Shown: piece after piece, positions 55,198 through 64,000 of the stretch
Layout of the letters: the number at the start of each line of letters is the position of its first letter
How positions within the stretch are numbered: the stretch's first letter is position 1
NCBI GenBank assembly: GCA_039649045.1
Contig: JBBWZL010000010.1
Location: 17,811 to 81,810 of the forward strand
Reading direction: 5' to 3'
From: Verrucomicrobiota bacterium
GTDB taxonomy: Bacteria > Verrucomicrobiota > Verrucomicrobiia > Chthoniobacterales > UBA10450
Length of the DNA: 64,000 nt
The notes under the pieces: generated by a model
The model's input: the letters and a program-made list of their open reading frames with translations, nothing else
What the model was told of the DNA's origin: nothing
Database searches by the model: none
Program-made: the position numbers and the translations under genes

Positions 55198-55941
55198 GTG
55201 ACAACTGACTCATCGAAGCAAGTCCGGGATCAATATGATACCTGGCATGCGCGCCGCGCGGCGGCCCGAGAAGATAGGACTTTGCGTCCTTGGCATCGAA
55301 CGGTGCTGAAGCTGTTGCCCGACCTCAACGGGTTGTCCGTTTTGGAAATCGGCTGCGGCTCAGGATCCTTTTCCCTTTTGCTCGCGGCCCGCTATCCGGA
55401 AGCGAAAATAACGGCGGTCGATTTTTCCGAAAGAGCGATCGAGGCAGCACTCGATCGGCAGCGTCAAGCGGGAACGCGGATCGAATTCATGGTGAAGGAT
55501 GCGCAACGGCTGACTTTTCCCGATGGCCGCTTCGACTTTGTCTTTTCCTGCGAATGCCTGGAACACCTTCCCGAACCGGGGAGGATGTGTCAGGAAATCG
55601 CGCGAGTCCTCAAGCCGCGAGGCGAATGGATTCTGACAACGGAAAATTATTTTAACGGGATGGTTCTAGCCTGGTTGATGTCCATCGCGAAAAGACGTCA
55701 TTTCGATTCCGGTTCCGGCGTCCAGCCCCACGAGAATTTTTTTCTATTCTGGCGTGTCCGGCGAATGGTGGAGCAAGCCGGCCTCGAGATTCGTCACATG
55801 GAGAGCAATCACTTTCAGTGGCTCCTGCTCCCCAGAGTCGCGCCCGACAAACTTCGCACAGACGATTTTCAGACGCCTTTTCTCAGGCGCCTTTTGCGTC
55901 CGTTTGGACGGCACTTCACCTTCAAGGGGACGAAAGCCTAG
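55198..55941 (+). CDS. class I SAM-dependent methyltransferase
   Basis: VLEIGCGSGSFSLLLA motif. Start set to GTG 55198, the first start codon after the upstream stop. Uncertain. Confidence 0.7.
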   Translation: MTTDSSKQVRDQYDTWHARRAAAREDRTLRPWHRTVLKLLPDLNGLSVLEIGCGSGSFSLLLAARYPEAKITAVDFSERAIEAALDRQRQAGTRIEFMVKDAQRLTFPDGRFDFVFSCECLEHLPEPGRMCQEIARVLKPRGEWILTTENYFNGMVLAWLMSIAKRRHFDSGSGVQPHENFFLFWRVRRMVEQAGLEIRHMESNHFQWLLLPRVAPDKLRTDDFQTPFLRRLLRPFGRHFTFKGTKA

Positions 55942-55945
55942 CACC

Positions 55946-56557
55946 TTGGCCCAGGGACAAACCATCCTCCACGCGCTCCGTTACCATTTGGGCTGGGACA
56001 CAGCGCATTCCCAAACGAGCGACGCGGAGCGCGAGATTCTCGTGCAGTATGCGCGTGAGCGACACACGCTCGCGGAGATCGGTGTGTTCGAGGGCAAAAC
56101 GACTGCGGCCCTGGCGCGCGCCATGGCCCCGAACGGAGTTCTCTACGCCATCGATCCCCACTTTCCAGGGCGGTTGGGAATATGTTGGAGCAAGGGGATC
56201 GCGCGCCGGGAAGTGGCGAGAGCGCGCGCTTTGGGACGCGTTGTGTTTCTGGAGCAGCTTAGCTTTGAGGCCGTGAAAGCGATGCAGGCGCCGCTGGACT
56301 TCCTCTTCATCGATGGCGACCATTCGCGCCAGGGAATCCAGCGAGATTGGAATGACTGGGCGCCTTTGATATCGCAAGGCGGTATTGTCGCCCTGCACGA
56401 TACGCATTTCTCTGCCGAGTACCCGGATTCGGCCGAGTGGGAATCCGTTCGCTACTTCGAGGAACAGATACGATACGATTCGAGATTCAAGCTCTTAGAC
56501 CAGGTGGAGCTCCTTTCCTTCATGCAACGGCGCGAGAGCCCGGAATTGGAGACATGA
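55946..56557 (+). CDS. class I SAM-dependent methyltransferase (Methyltransf_24-like)
   Basis: LAEIGVFEGKTT...LFIDGDHSRQGIQRDWNDWAPLISQGGIVALHD pattern. TTG 55946 is a tentative start. Confidence 0.6.
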   Translation: MAQGQTILHALRYHLGWDTAHSQTSDAEREILVQYARERHTLAEIGVFEGKTTAALARAMAPNGVLYAIDPHFPGRLGICWSKGIARREVARARALGRVVFLEQLSFEAVKAMQAPLDFLFIDGDHSRQGIQRDWNDWAPLISQGGIVALHDTHFSAEYPDSAEWESVRYFEEQIRYDSRFKLLDQVELLSFMQRRESPELET

Positions 56558-56597
56558 GAAAGGCGGGGACGATGCCGCCGCCAAGTGGTGCAATCGA

Positions 56598-58127
56598 ATG
56601 AAACAAGATCCACTCCTCATTCGCTCTTCTCCCCAAAAACCCGGCAGAGAGCGACGCTCGGTCATTGCACAGGGCATTCTCTGGAGCGGTTTTTTCCAGG
56701 TCTTTCTCGTGGGAACGAACTTCGTTTCCATGCTGGTGCTGGTTCGATTACTGCCGCCCGGGGAGTTTGGACGGGCTGCGGCCGCAACCGGCATTCTGGC
56801 GGTCCTGAATTGTTTCAATTGTAGCCTTTTCATCGCGCAGGCGCTCCAGTTGCGCGAGGGCGAAGAACCGGATTGGACCGCTCATTGGCGGGCGGGATTG
56901 TACATTCAACTCGCGCTTTTCTTGGTCTGTAACGCGATGGCCGGATTGGCCTGGCTCGTTCCTCCATATCAGCCAATGGCGGCATTGTTGCATCTGGCCT
57001 CGATCGGTCTGCTGATCGATTGTCCAAATCAGATCGGTTTAACTTCATTGCGGCGAGCGCTCGATTATCGGAGCCTGCGCGTCGTGCAGGCCGCTTGTAC
57101 CTTTCTCACCATGATCAGCAGCATTGCCCTCGCTTTCCTCGGCTTTGGAGCGTTTGCCTTGATCATCGGGAGCAACGTCCTCCACGGCATCCCGGTAGCA
57201 GTTCATCTTTTCGCGGTGCGCAAATGGCGGCCGCCGCGGACTTGGTGGCAATGGCCGGACTGGCATGGTTATCGTGCGCCCTTGCGGTTCGGGGCGCAGA
57301 TGTCTGGCTCCGCGTTGCTCACGGCTGGGCGCGCTTTTCTGGAATCGCTGGTGCTGCCGGGCGCGATCGGCTACGAGGCGTTCGGTCTCTTGAATCGGGC
57401 GCAAGTCCTCTTCGCCACGACAGTGGGCCGCGTTAATTCACTCGTGCTCGAAACCGTTTACCCGGTGCTTCCCCGCAGCGCCGACAACCCTACGCAATTT
57501 GCCCGGCACGCCGGCTTGTATGTCGAGACGATGCTTCTTCTTTCCATTCCAGGCGCGATCTTCGTCGGTCTCGAAGGCCCGCTCCTTTCGCGTTTGCTTT
57601 ACGGACCGAAATGGATCGCGGCCGATCCACTGATCTGGCCGGGAACAATTCTGGCGTGGGGCGTTGCGGCCACCCTGATTTTTACCGCGGTCTTGCAAGC
57701 GCAAAACCGGCTACGCCTGGCGTTCGCCTGCAGCCTCGTGGCCGCCTGTGCCTGTCTGCCCGCCATTGTCTTGGTGTCGTTAGGCCAGAGCACACGCATT
57801 TATGCCTGGGCACTTGCGTTAGGGCAAGTCGCCGCCGCGGGAGTATCCGCCTTTCTGGCGAGCCATTTCCTGCGCGAAGGTTGGTGGCAACGCGGATTCG
57901 CGGTCCCGGTTCTCGTTGCGAGCTGCGCCGCAGTAGTCGTGATCATCAGCAACGCCTGGGTGACGCCATTCTCAGCCCCGGTGAAATTGCTGATCCATTC
58001 CGCTCTCTTTGCGGGTGTGGCTCTGTTGATTCTGCGCGGCTGTTTCCCGGAGTTGCTCCGCGAGTTGGTCCTGCGCCTGCCCGGCCACGCCTACTTCGCA
58101 AAAGCGCTTAGGTTGCAAGTTCGATGA
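56598..58127 (+). CDS. polysaccharide flippase (Wzx/MOP superfamily)
   Basis: 509 aa, ~12-14 hydrophobic segments, N-terminal ..ILWSGFFQVFLVGTNFVSMLVLVRLLPPGEFG typical of this family. Confidence 0.7.
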   Translation: MKQDPLLIRSSPQKPGRERRSVIAQGILWSGFFQVFLVGTNFVSMLVLVRLLPPGEFGRAAAATGILAVLNCFNCSLFIAQALQLREGEEPDWTAHWRAGLYIQLALFLVCNAMAGLAWLVPPYQPMAALLHLASIGLLIDCPNQIGLTSLRRALDYRSLRVVQAACTFLTMISSIALAFLGFGAFALIIGSNVLHGIPVAVHLFAVRKWRPPRTWWQWPDWHGYRAPLRFGAQMSGSALLTAGRAFLESLVLPGAIGYEAFGLLNRAQVLFATTVGRVNSLVLETVYPVLPRSADNPTQFARHAGLYVETMLLLSIPGAIFVGLEGPLLSRLLYGPKWIAADPLIWPGTILAWGVAATLIFTAVLQAQNRLRLAFACSLVAACACLPAIVLVSLGQSTRIYAWALALGQVAAAGVSAFLASHFLREGWWQRGFAVPVLVASCAAVVVIISNAWVTPFSAPVKLLIHSALFAGVALLILRGCFPELLRELVLRLPGHAYFAKALRLQVR

Positions 58128-59269
58128 GCTCATTAACCCGACGGGTCTTGTCTATTTTCGGCACGCGTCCTGAAGCGATCAAGATGGCGCCCCTTATTCT
58201 CGCGATGACGCGGGAGGAGCGCTTTGCCCCAGTCGTCTGTGTGACGGGACAACATCGGGAAATGCTCGATCAAGTGCTGAAGGCGTTCGAGATCGTTCCC
58301 GAGATTGATCTCGCGATCATGTCCCACGATCAGACCTTGGCGCAACTGAGTGCGCGCGTTCTCGAATCAGTCGATGAAGTGCTTGTGCGGATGAAACCGG
58401 ACATCGTTCTGGTGCAGGGTGACACAACGACGGCGGCGGCGAGCGCGCTGGCGGCTTTTTATCGCCAGATTCCGGTCGGCCATGTTGAAGCAGGCCTTCG
58501 CACCGGCGATCTGGCCGACCCATTTCCAGAAGAGGCAAATCGCATTCTGATCGACCAGCTCGCTTCCTTCTGCTTCGCGCCCACCGATTACAATCGGCAA
58601 ACGCTGCTGAAAGAAGGCGTGAAGCCAGAGCGCATCTTCGTGACTGGCAATACCGGGATCGACGCGCTCCTCCTCACGCGAGACAAAGTTGTTGAGAAGA
58701 ATGCAGACGCGTGGGGGAGCGATTTCGGCGCGGCCACTGCAGCGATCGCGGACGCGGCGAAAGAAATCGTCCTCATCACTCTACATCGGCGAGAGAGTTT
58801 CGGCCCAAAACTTCGCGGCGTATTTGAGAGCATCCGGCGGATTGCGTCCAAGTGGAAAGAAGTCTCCTTCATCTATCCGGTCCATCTAAATCCGAACGTC
58901 AGCTTGCCCGCGGAGGAAATCCTGGCCGGGATCAGCAATGTGCATCTAATCCCTCCGCTCTCGTATGAGCCGTTCGTGTTCCTGATGAACCGCGCGCGCC
59001 TGATCGTGACCGATTCCGGCGGCATCCAGGAAGAAGCGCCTTCGATTGGCAAGCCGGTGCTCGTGGTTCGCGAACGGACCGAACGCCAGGAAGCGCTCGA
59101 AGCCGGAACCGTCAAGCTCGCGGGCACAGACGGAGCGGCACTTGAGAGAATGATCGACGTGATTTTGAACGCCTCGCCATCTGATTACGAGGCGCGTCCA
59201 AATCCTTATGGCGACGGTACGGCGTCGGCCCGGATTCTGAGCGCATTATATGAAGCGTCAGGCCGATAG
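58124..59269 (+). CDS. wecB: UDP-N-acetylglucosamine 2-epimerase (non-hydrolysing)
   Basis: IFGTRPEAIKMAPL, VCVTGQHREMLDQVL, VQGDTTT, HVEAGLRT, DSGGIQEEAPSIGKPVLV motifs. ATGA overlap with the flippase gene. Confidence 0.9.
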   Translation: MSSLTRRVLSIFGTRPEAIKMAPLILAMTREERFAPVVCVTGQHREMLDQVLKAFEIVPEIDLAIMSHDQTLAQLSARVLESVDEVLVRMKPDIVLVQGDTTTAAASALAAFYRQIPVGHVEAGLRTGDLADPFPEEANRILIDQLASFCFAPTDYNRQTLLKEGVKPERIFVTGNTGIDALLLTRDKVVEKNADAWGSDFGAATAAIADAAKEIVLITLHRRESFGPKLRGVFESIRRIASKWKEVSFIYPVHLNPNVSLPAEEILAGISNVHLIPPLSYEPFVFLMNRARLIVTDSGGIQEEAPSIGKPVLVVRERTERQEALEAGTVKLAGTDGAALERMIDVILNASPSDYEARPNPYGDGTASARILSALYEASGR

Positions 59270-60527
59270 CCCAGCGACGTTGCGGGTTTGCGTTTGCACC
59301 TCTTATTCCGTCGGCGCGGAGCCGAGGGCACCGCGGCATGCGCTGGCGATCGCGGCGCTCGAACCTGGAATCGAGGTGACATTCGTGGAGTGCGTTCCCG
59401 AAGGTGCGCGCGTCGAGAAATATGATCCTTTTGCCGGCTGCGCGAACATCCGTCGCGAGACATATCGATTCGCTCACCGCGGCGTAGGGAAAATGCGGCT
59501 GGCGGGGGGGAAACTGCTGCGCCTTGCGTATCGGCTGCTCTTCCGGTTCTTCGGATATTTGCATCCCGGAGCGCTCAACACTCGCTTCCTCGGTTTCGGG
59601 CGCTTTCTAGGCCGCATCGAGGCGGACGTCTATCTTGCGCACAATGTCGAAACGCTGCTGCCCGCACTCCAGGCAGCGCAAAAATATGGCAGCCTCGCCA
59701 TGTTCGACAGCATGGAATTCCATTCCGACATGGGGGAATCGCAGAATCCAATGGACCGCGAGATCGTCGCCCGGATCGAGCGCCGTTGCCTTCCGCAGTG
59801 TGCGCTTGTCCTGGCCAGCAGCGATGAAATGGCGGATGCGCTCAGCGCGGCGTATGGCATTCGCCGGCCCCTCGCCCTCTACAATGTGCCGCCGATCGAT
59901 TCGCACCAGCACCACTGCGATCACGAAGGAGTTTCGCTTTACTGGCGAAACGCTGTACTCGGATTCGGTCAGCGCGGTCTACAGGACGCGATGGCCGCGC
60001 TAACAAAGCTGCCCGAAGACGTCGTGCTTCATTTGCAAGGACGGCTGCCCTTGGATGGCGGCGTGGAATTACGCGAAAAGATCCACGCGCTCGGAATCAC
60101 GCAACGCGTTTTCCTTCACGCACCTTACTCGCCGCCTGACGCGGTGCGAATTGCCGCGCACTATTGCATGGGCCTATGCCTCGAGCATGGCGGCATCCGA
60201 AATCACGAGCTCACTGTTTCCAATAAGATGTTCGATTACCTTATGGGCGGTCTGGTGGTGATCGCAAGCGACCTGCCCGGGCTCCGCGGAGTAATCGAGC
60301 GCTCCGGCGGCGGGCTCTGTTTTGAACCGGGCAACGCCGTCGATCTCGCGGAAAAAATCCTGGAGCTCAAAAACAATCTTCCTTTGCGATTGCAGTTGGC
60401 CTCCAATGCACGGGTCTTCGCTCTCCAGACAGCAAACCGTGAAATGGAAATGGCGCGATTTCGGCACGCTTTCTTTCAGGCGGCGCATCCGCCACGCGAA
60501 GTAGGTACGCCTCTCGCCTCCGCATGA
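59250..60527 (+). CDS. glycosyltransferase, GT4-like (GT-B fold)
   Basis: C-terminal ..SNKMFDYLMGGLVVIASDLPGLRGVIERSGGGLCFEPGNAVDLAEKI pattern. Confidence 0.7.
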   Translation: MKRQADSPATLRVCVCTSYSVGAEPRAPRHALAIAALEPGIEVTFVECVPEGARVEKYDPFAGCANIRRETYRFAHRGVGKMRLAGGKLLRLAYRLLFRFFGYLHPGALNTRFLGFGRFLGRIEADVYLAHNVETLLPALQAAQKYGSLAMFDSMEFHSDMGESQNPMDREIVARIERRCLPQCALVLASSDEMADALSAAYGIRRPLALYNVPPIDSHQHHCDHEGVSLYWRNAVLGFGQRGLQDAMAALTKLPEDVVLHLQGRLPLDGGVELREKIHALGITQRVFLHAPYSPPDAVRIAAHYCMGLCLEHGGIRNHELTVSNKMFDYLMGGLVVIASDLPGLRGVIERSGGGLCFEPGNAVDLAEKILELKNNLPLRLQLASNARVFALQTANREMEMARFRHAFFQAAHPPREVGTPLASA

Positions 60528-61360
60528 TCGCAAATCTCCTGCGCAAGAGCGTCCAGCTCGTTCCCTGGAAATATCGGCAGCGAATAAAGGATTGGCCGCT
60601 GGTCGCTCCGGCGCAGCGGTGGATGGTCGATCGCTTTCTTGGCCACGGCTCGTTTCTTCACACAATAGACGCCGGCCCAGCAAAAGGACTTCGCATTTGG
60701 ATCGAGCTGCCCGAAGACAAGGCTCTTTGGACCGGCGCTTATGAAGCGAAGTTTTCCGCGGCGCTCGCCGGCGGGGTGCGAAGGGGCGATGTCTGTTACG
60801 ACGTGGGAGCGTATCGTGGTTTTTTCGCCGGCGTTTGCGCGCTGGTTGGAGCGAGCGCCGTGCACATTTTCGAGCCCCTCCCGGCAAACATCAGTCGCAT
60901 CCAATCTTTAATCGAAGCCAATCCCGCTTTGCCGCTGACTCTGCATCCGTTCGCGCTAGGCGCTGAAGTCGGCGAGACGGAATTCGCCGTCATGCCCGAA
61001 GCCAGCATGGGCAAGTTGTCCGGAAGCAGCTTTCAACATGACGCGAGGAGCAAGGAAATGTTGCGCGTAGGAATTGAAACCCTCGACCATCTTCGTGACG
61101 CGGGAGCGATTCCGCTGCCGAACATCATCAAGATCGACGTGGAAGGGGCGGAAGCGATGGTGCTACGCGGCGCCCAACGTCTCTTTTCCGAAAGCCGGCC
61201 GCGTCTCTTCATCGAGATTCATTCCCGCGCTCTCGGTCGTGAATGCGCCGAGATCCTCACAGGACACGAATATGACGTGAACACTTTGGAAACCGGAGCG
61301 AAGCCGGATTTCCGCACCGAGCCCGAGGTTTGTCACTTCATTGGGGCCTCGCGTTGTTGA
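60524..61360 (+). CDS. FkbM-family methyltransferase
   Basis: CYDVGAYRGFF...HIFEP.P.N...L......FALG...GE.EF...IIKIDVEGAE..VL.GA pattern. ATGA overlap with the upstream gene. Confidence 0.8.
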   Translation: MIANLLRKSVQLVPWKYRQRIKDWPLVAPAQRWMVDRFLGHGSFLHTIDAGPAKGLRIWIELPEDKALWTGAYEAKFSAALAGGVRRGDVCYDVGAYRGFFAGVCALVGASAVHIFEPLPANISRIQSLIEANPALPLTLHPFALGAEVGETEFAVMPEASMGKLSGSSFQHDARSKEMLRVGIETLDHLRDAGAIPLPNIIKIDVEGAEAMVLRGAQRLFSESRPRLFIEIHSRALGRECAEILTGHEYDVNTLETGAKPDFRTEPEVCHFIGASRC

Positions 61361-61375
61361 TCGGATTCGAGGCGG

Positions 61376-62632
61376 ATGAAAAATGTCCTTCTGATTTCCC
61401 CGTATTTTCTGCCAAGCAACCTCGCGGCGGTGCACCGGGTTCGGCTCATGAGCGGTCATCTCGCCTCTTTCGGCTGGCATCCGATAATTATTACGGTGGA
61501 TTCCTCGCTCTATGAGGAGCGGCCTGCTGTTCCAGAACTATTACATCTGGTACCGAGCAGCGTTGAGATCGTAAGTGTGCGCGCCTTTCCTGCCAGCCTG
61601 TGTCGGCCACTCGGAATCGGTGATATTTCTCTGAGGGCGCAAGCCTCCCTTCGTCGGACCGTGGCTGAGTTGGTGGAAAAGCTCACCCCAGCAGTGATCT
61701 TTGTTACGGTTCTCCCAGGCTACGCGAGTCTCATTGGAGCGTGGGCGAAACGACGCTTCAATATTCCATTCGTGCTCGATTACCAGGATCCTTGGGTCCC
61801 CCGGGGCCCCAAACCACCGCTCGAATGGACCAAGGCTGGCATGTCAAAGCGGTTAGCTCGATGGCTGGAACCGCAGGTGTTGCCCTTCGTCGACGCTATC
61901 ACTGCCGTTTCTGACGAAACTCTCGCTAGCTTACGTGAGCGGAAACTCCTGAGTGCCGCAACGCCGGTGGAAATCATTCCGATCGGTGCGGATGTCGCGG
62001 ACTTTGCAATCGCGCGGCAATTTGGCCGTAGTTCAATTGACCCGCGGACGGGTGGCTTTCATGTTGCCTATCTTGGGACAATTACGCATCGAATGCGGCC
62101 TGCGCTGGAGGCGTTTCTGCAAGCCGTGCGCACGGTGCGAGACAGCGAGACAAAGAGCATCCTCATTCACCTGATCGGTACGTTCGAGCCTGACATGAAA
62201 GGGTTGGTGGAGCAGATGGGGCTGCACTCATGCGTCCGAGTGACGCCTACACGAATTTCTTACCTGGATGCCCTCTGCAGCATGGAGGATGCGGATCTGC
62301 TGTTGTTGCTAGGATCAACCGATTCTCACTACACTGCTTCCAAACTCTTCCCTTATTGGCTGAGCGGAAAGCCGATCATGGCTATCTTTCATGAGGCTAG
62401 TGAGGTAGTGCCGCTTTCACGAGAACTTGGTGGCGTCCATTTATCTTTGTTCAATTCGCAAAACAATCCTGCGATGAACATCGATCAAATAGCCTCCGTA
62501 CTTCGAAGGGCGATGAAGGGGGAACTAACGATGCCGGCGAGAAGGGAAAATGCTTTTGTGCAGTATTCTGCGAAGAGCGTCGCGAAGCGTTACGCCGAGA
62601 TTTTTACTAAGGTGTCAACTAGATCGGCCTAA
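61376..62632 (+). CDS. glycosyltransferase (GT-B fold, GT4-like)
   Basis: MKNVLLISPYFLPSNLAAVHRVR N-terminus, plus size and context. The family call is approximate. Confidence 0.6.
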   Translation: MKNVLLISPYFLPSNLAAVHRVRLMSGHLASFGWHPIIITVDSSLYEERPAVPELLHLVPSSVEIVSVRAFPASLCRPLGIGDISLRAQASLRRTVAELVEKLTPAVIFVTVLPGYASLIGAWAKRRFNIPFVLDYQDPWVPRGPKPPLEWTKAGMSKRLARWLEPQVLPFVDAITAVSDETLASLRERKLLSAATPVEIIPIGADVADFAIARQFGRSSIDPRTGGFHVAYLGTITHRMRPALEAFLQAVRTVRDSETKSILIHLIGTFEPDMKGLVEQMGLHSCVRVTPTRISYLDALCSMEDADLLLLLGSTDSHYTASKLFPYWLSGKPIMAIFHEASEVVPLSRELGGVHLSLFNSQNNPAMNIDQIASVLRRAMKGELTMPARRENAFVQYSAKSVAKRYAEIFTKVSTRSA

Positions 62633-62654
62633 CACAACAGGCGACCGGCTTAGA

Positions 62655-63665
62655 ATGACCCAGAAAGAAGATATGAACATGGATTGTCCAGTGTGCGGAT
62701 GCCCGTGTCACGGCGTCCCCTCAGCTCGATATTCCATTGCAAAAGCAGCTGCGCATTTTTGTCCGCCCGGGCGCGACTTGGATCGGTACAATCGGCTTGT
62801 CGAATGCATTGACCGCCTCTGGAATCACCGTGATTGCGTCGTGCTCCATTGTCCTGAATGCGGTTTTGGGTTCGGTTTACCCTTTAGGAGCGGCGATGAA
62901 GAGTTTTACGGCATCCTGCATGAGGAGCATAGCTACCCAACATGGCGCTGGGATTACGGCCTCGCGATGCGACTCGCGATTGACCGTCTCGGCGGCGGCC
63001 GCATCCTAGATGTCGGCGCCGGCACGGGGGCATTTTTGACCAGTTTGCCTAAAACTTGGGCGCCGCACGCTATCGAAGGAAGTGACACGATTCGCACCCA
63101 ACTTCGTAGCAACGAGATCATTGTCTTTGACAACATGCAGGCGGCAAAAGAAGCCGTCGGCGGAACCGTCGACGTCGTGACACTTTTTCAGGTTCTCGAG
63201 CACATCGCAGAGTTCAGGGAGATGTTATCTGATTGCCGATCTTTGCTGAGGGCGGGCGGAATACTCATCGTAACTGTGCCGGAGGCGAGTGCGATGCTGC
63301 GACAGGAGAAAATCACCGGCTGTGCGGACATGCCACCCAACCACATCAACAAGTGGACAACCAAAAGCCTGGCCATCGCCCTCGAGAACGCTGGCTTCCA
63401 CCCCGGCGAAGCTTTTTTTGAGCCCGTCTCCTTACGGTCGATTCGCGGGGTCCTCCACCTGCGCATACTCGCAGATCGAAAGGGACCCGGATCGTGGGCA
63501 AGCAGAATATATCGTTTTCAAAACCGAAAAGTCCGAGCCGCTCTATTAGCGCTCCTGGCGCTTCCGGCCTTTTTCAAGCTTGCACCTCATCTTACGCATC
63601 TCTGTCGCCGAACCGCGTTCGCCATGGTCGCTGTTGCCAACAGCTCAGCTCCGCAGTCTAGGTAG
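62655..63665 (+). CDS. class I SAM-dependent methyltransferase with N-terminal zinc-ribbon
   Basis: CPVCGC...CPECG cysteine pairs, then ILDVGAGTGAF and VVTLFQVLEHI motifs. Trimmed to ATG 62655. Confidence 0.7.
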   Translation: MTQKEDMNMDCPVCGCPCHGVPSARYSIAKAAAHFCPPGRDLDRYNRLVECIDRLWNHRDCVVLHCPECGFGFGLPFRSGDEEFYGILHEEHSYPTWRWDYGLAMRLAIDRLGGGRILDVGAGTGAFLTSLPKTWAPHAIEGSDTIRTQLRSNEIIVFDNMQAAKEAVGGTVDVVTLFQVLEHIAEFREMLSDCRSLLRAGGILIVTVPEASAMLRQEKITGCADMPPNHINKWTTKSLAIALENAGFHPGEAFFEPVSLRSIRGVLHLRILADRKGPGSWASRIYRFQNRKVRAALLALLALPAFFKLAPHLTHLCRRTAFAMVAVANSSAPQSR

Positions 63666-63673
63666 GCCTGGTT

Positions 63674-64000
63674 ATGCGCATAGGCTTTCTCGTCAGCCAT
63701 CCGATCCAGTATTATTCGCCCTGGTTTCGCGCCCTCGCGAAGCGAGTGGACCTGCATGTCTTCTATGCCCATCGGCCGAATCCGAAACAACAGGGAGAAG
63801 GCTTCGGCCACGCGTTCGAGTGGGACACCGATTTGTTCTCGGGTTACGAGCATTCTTTTCTCGTAAATTGTTCGCCCAGTCCCGGCACTCATCACTTTTC
63901 TGGTTGCGACACTCCGGAAATTGCCACCATTATCCGGGAAAGTTCCTTCGACGTTTTCGTTGTCTTCGGCTGGTTCTTGAAAAGCTTCTGGCAAGCCGCG
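63674..64000 (+). CDS. glycosyltransferase-like protein, 5'-partial view (runs off right edge)
   Basis: Not in the ORF track because it has no in-window stop. ATG 63674. MRIGFLVSHPIQYYSPWFRALAK.. is typical of a GT-B N-terminus. Confidence 0.5.
   Translation, partial: MRIGFLVSHPIQYYSPWFRALAKRVDLHVFYAHRPNPKQQGEGFGHAFEWDTDLFSGYEHSFLVNCSPSPGTHHFSGCDTPEIATIIRESSFDVFVVFGWFLKSFWQAA

Noticed and set aside
63587-63994. 135-aa minus-strand ORF at the right edge
   Set aside because: It overlaps a plus-strand reading frame that starts at ATG 63674, right after the preceding gene, and reads like a GT-B glycosyltransferase N-terminus. The minus ORF has no recognisable features.

Overview
GC-rich bacterial window. 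I infer a soil Verrucomicrobiota-like lineage from gene content: PEP-CTERM/exosortase, PATR beta-strand-repeat proteins and BNR/PKD giants. No database search was possible. Left to right:
- a 3'-partial secreted S8 peptidase, which is missing from the ORF track because it has no in-window stop codon;
- a duplicated tRNA(CAT) region;
- an STT3/AglB-like GT-C membrane protein;
- a bactofilin pair, DUF5069 and a sugar nucleotidyltransferase;
- a co-oriented pgi / sensor-less kinase / NtrC-like regulator / glnD block;
- a lipoprotein and two ~1400-aa BNR/PKD paralogs that share a C-terminal module with the S8 peptidase;
- icd and an AMP-nucleosidase-like gene;
- four PEP-CTERM PATR proteins;
- an exosortase-EpsI fusion / four-helix-bundle / TPR operon;
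- a divergent EPS locus: GDP-mannose-3,5-epimerase-like, GT26, carbamoyltransferase, AsnB-GT9 fusion, five methyltransferases, flippase, wecB and several GTs.

The most unusual signal belongs to no standard feature class. It is a family of phase-locked 7- or 8-bp tandem 'word' arrays with a small shared vocabulary (TCAGAGG, GTAGGAA, GGAAGGA, CTGAAAAA, CGTTGAAG and others).
- They fill intergenic spacers, often as inverted pairs (hairpins).
- They bracket two Avd/23S-IVS-family four-helix-bundle genes that look like cassettes inserted into operons.
- They donate stop codons to neighbouring genes.
- They sit in frame inside the exosortase, carbamoyltransferase, AsnB and TPR ORFs and inside a signal peptide.

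All functional interpretations are inference from sequence reading only.
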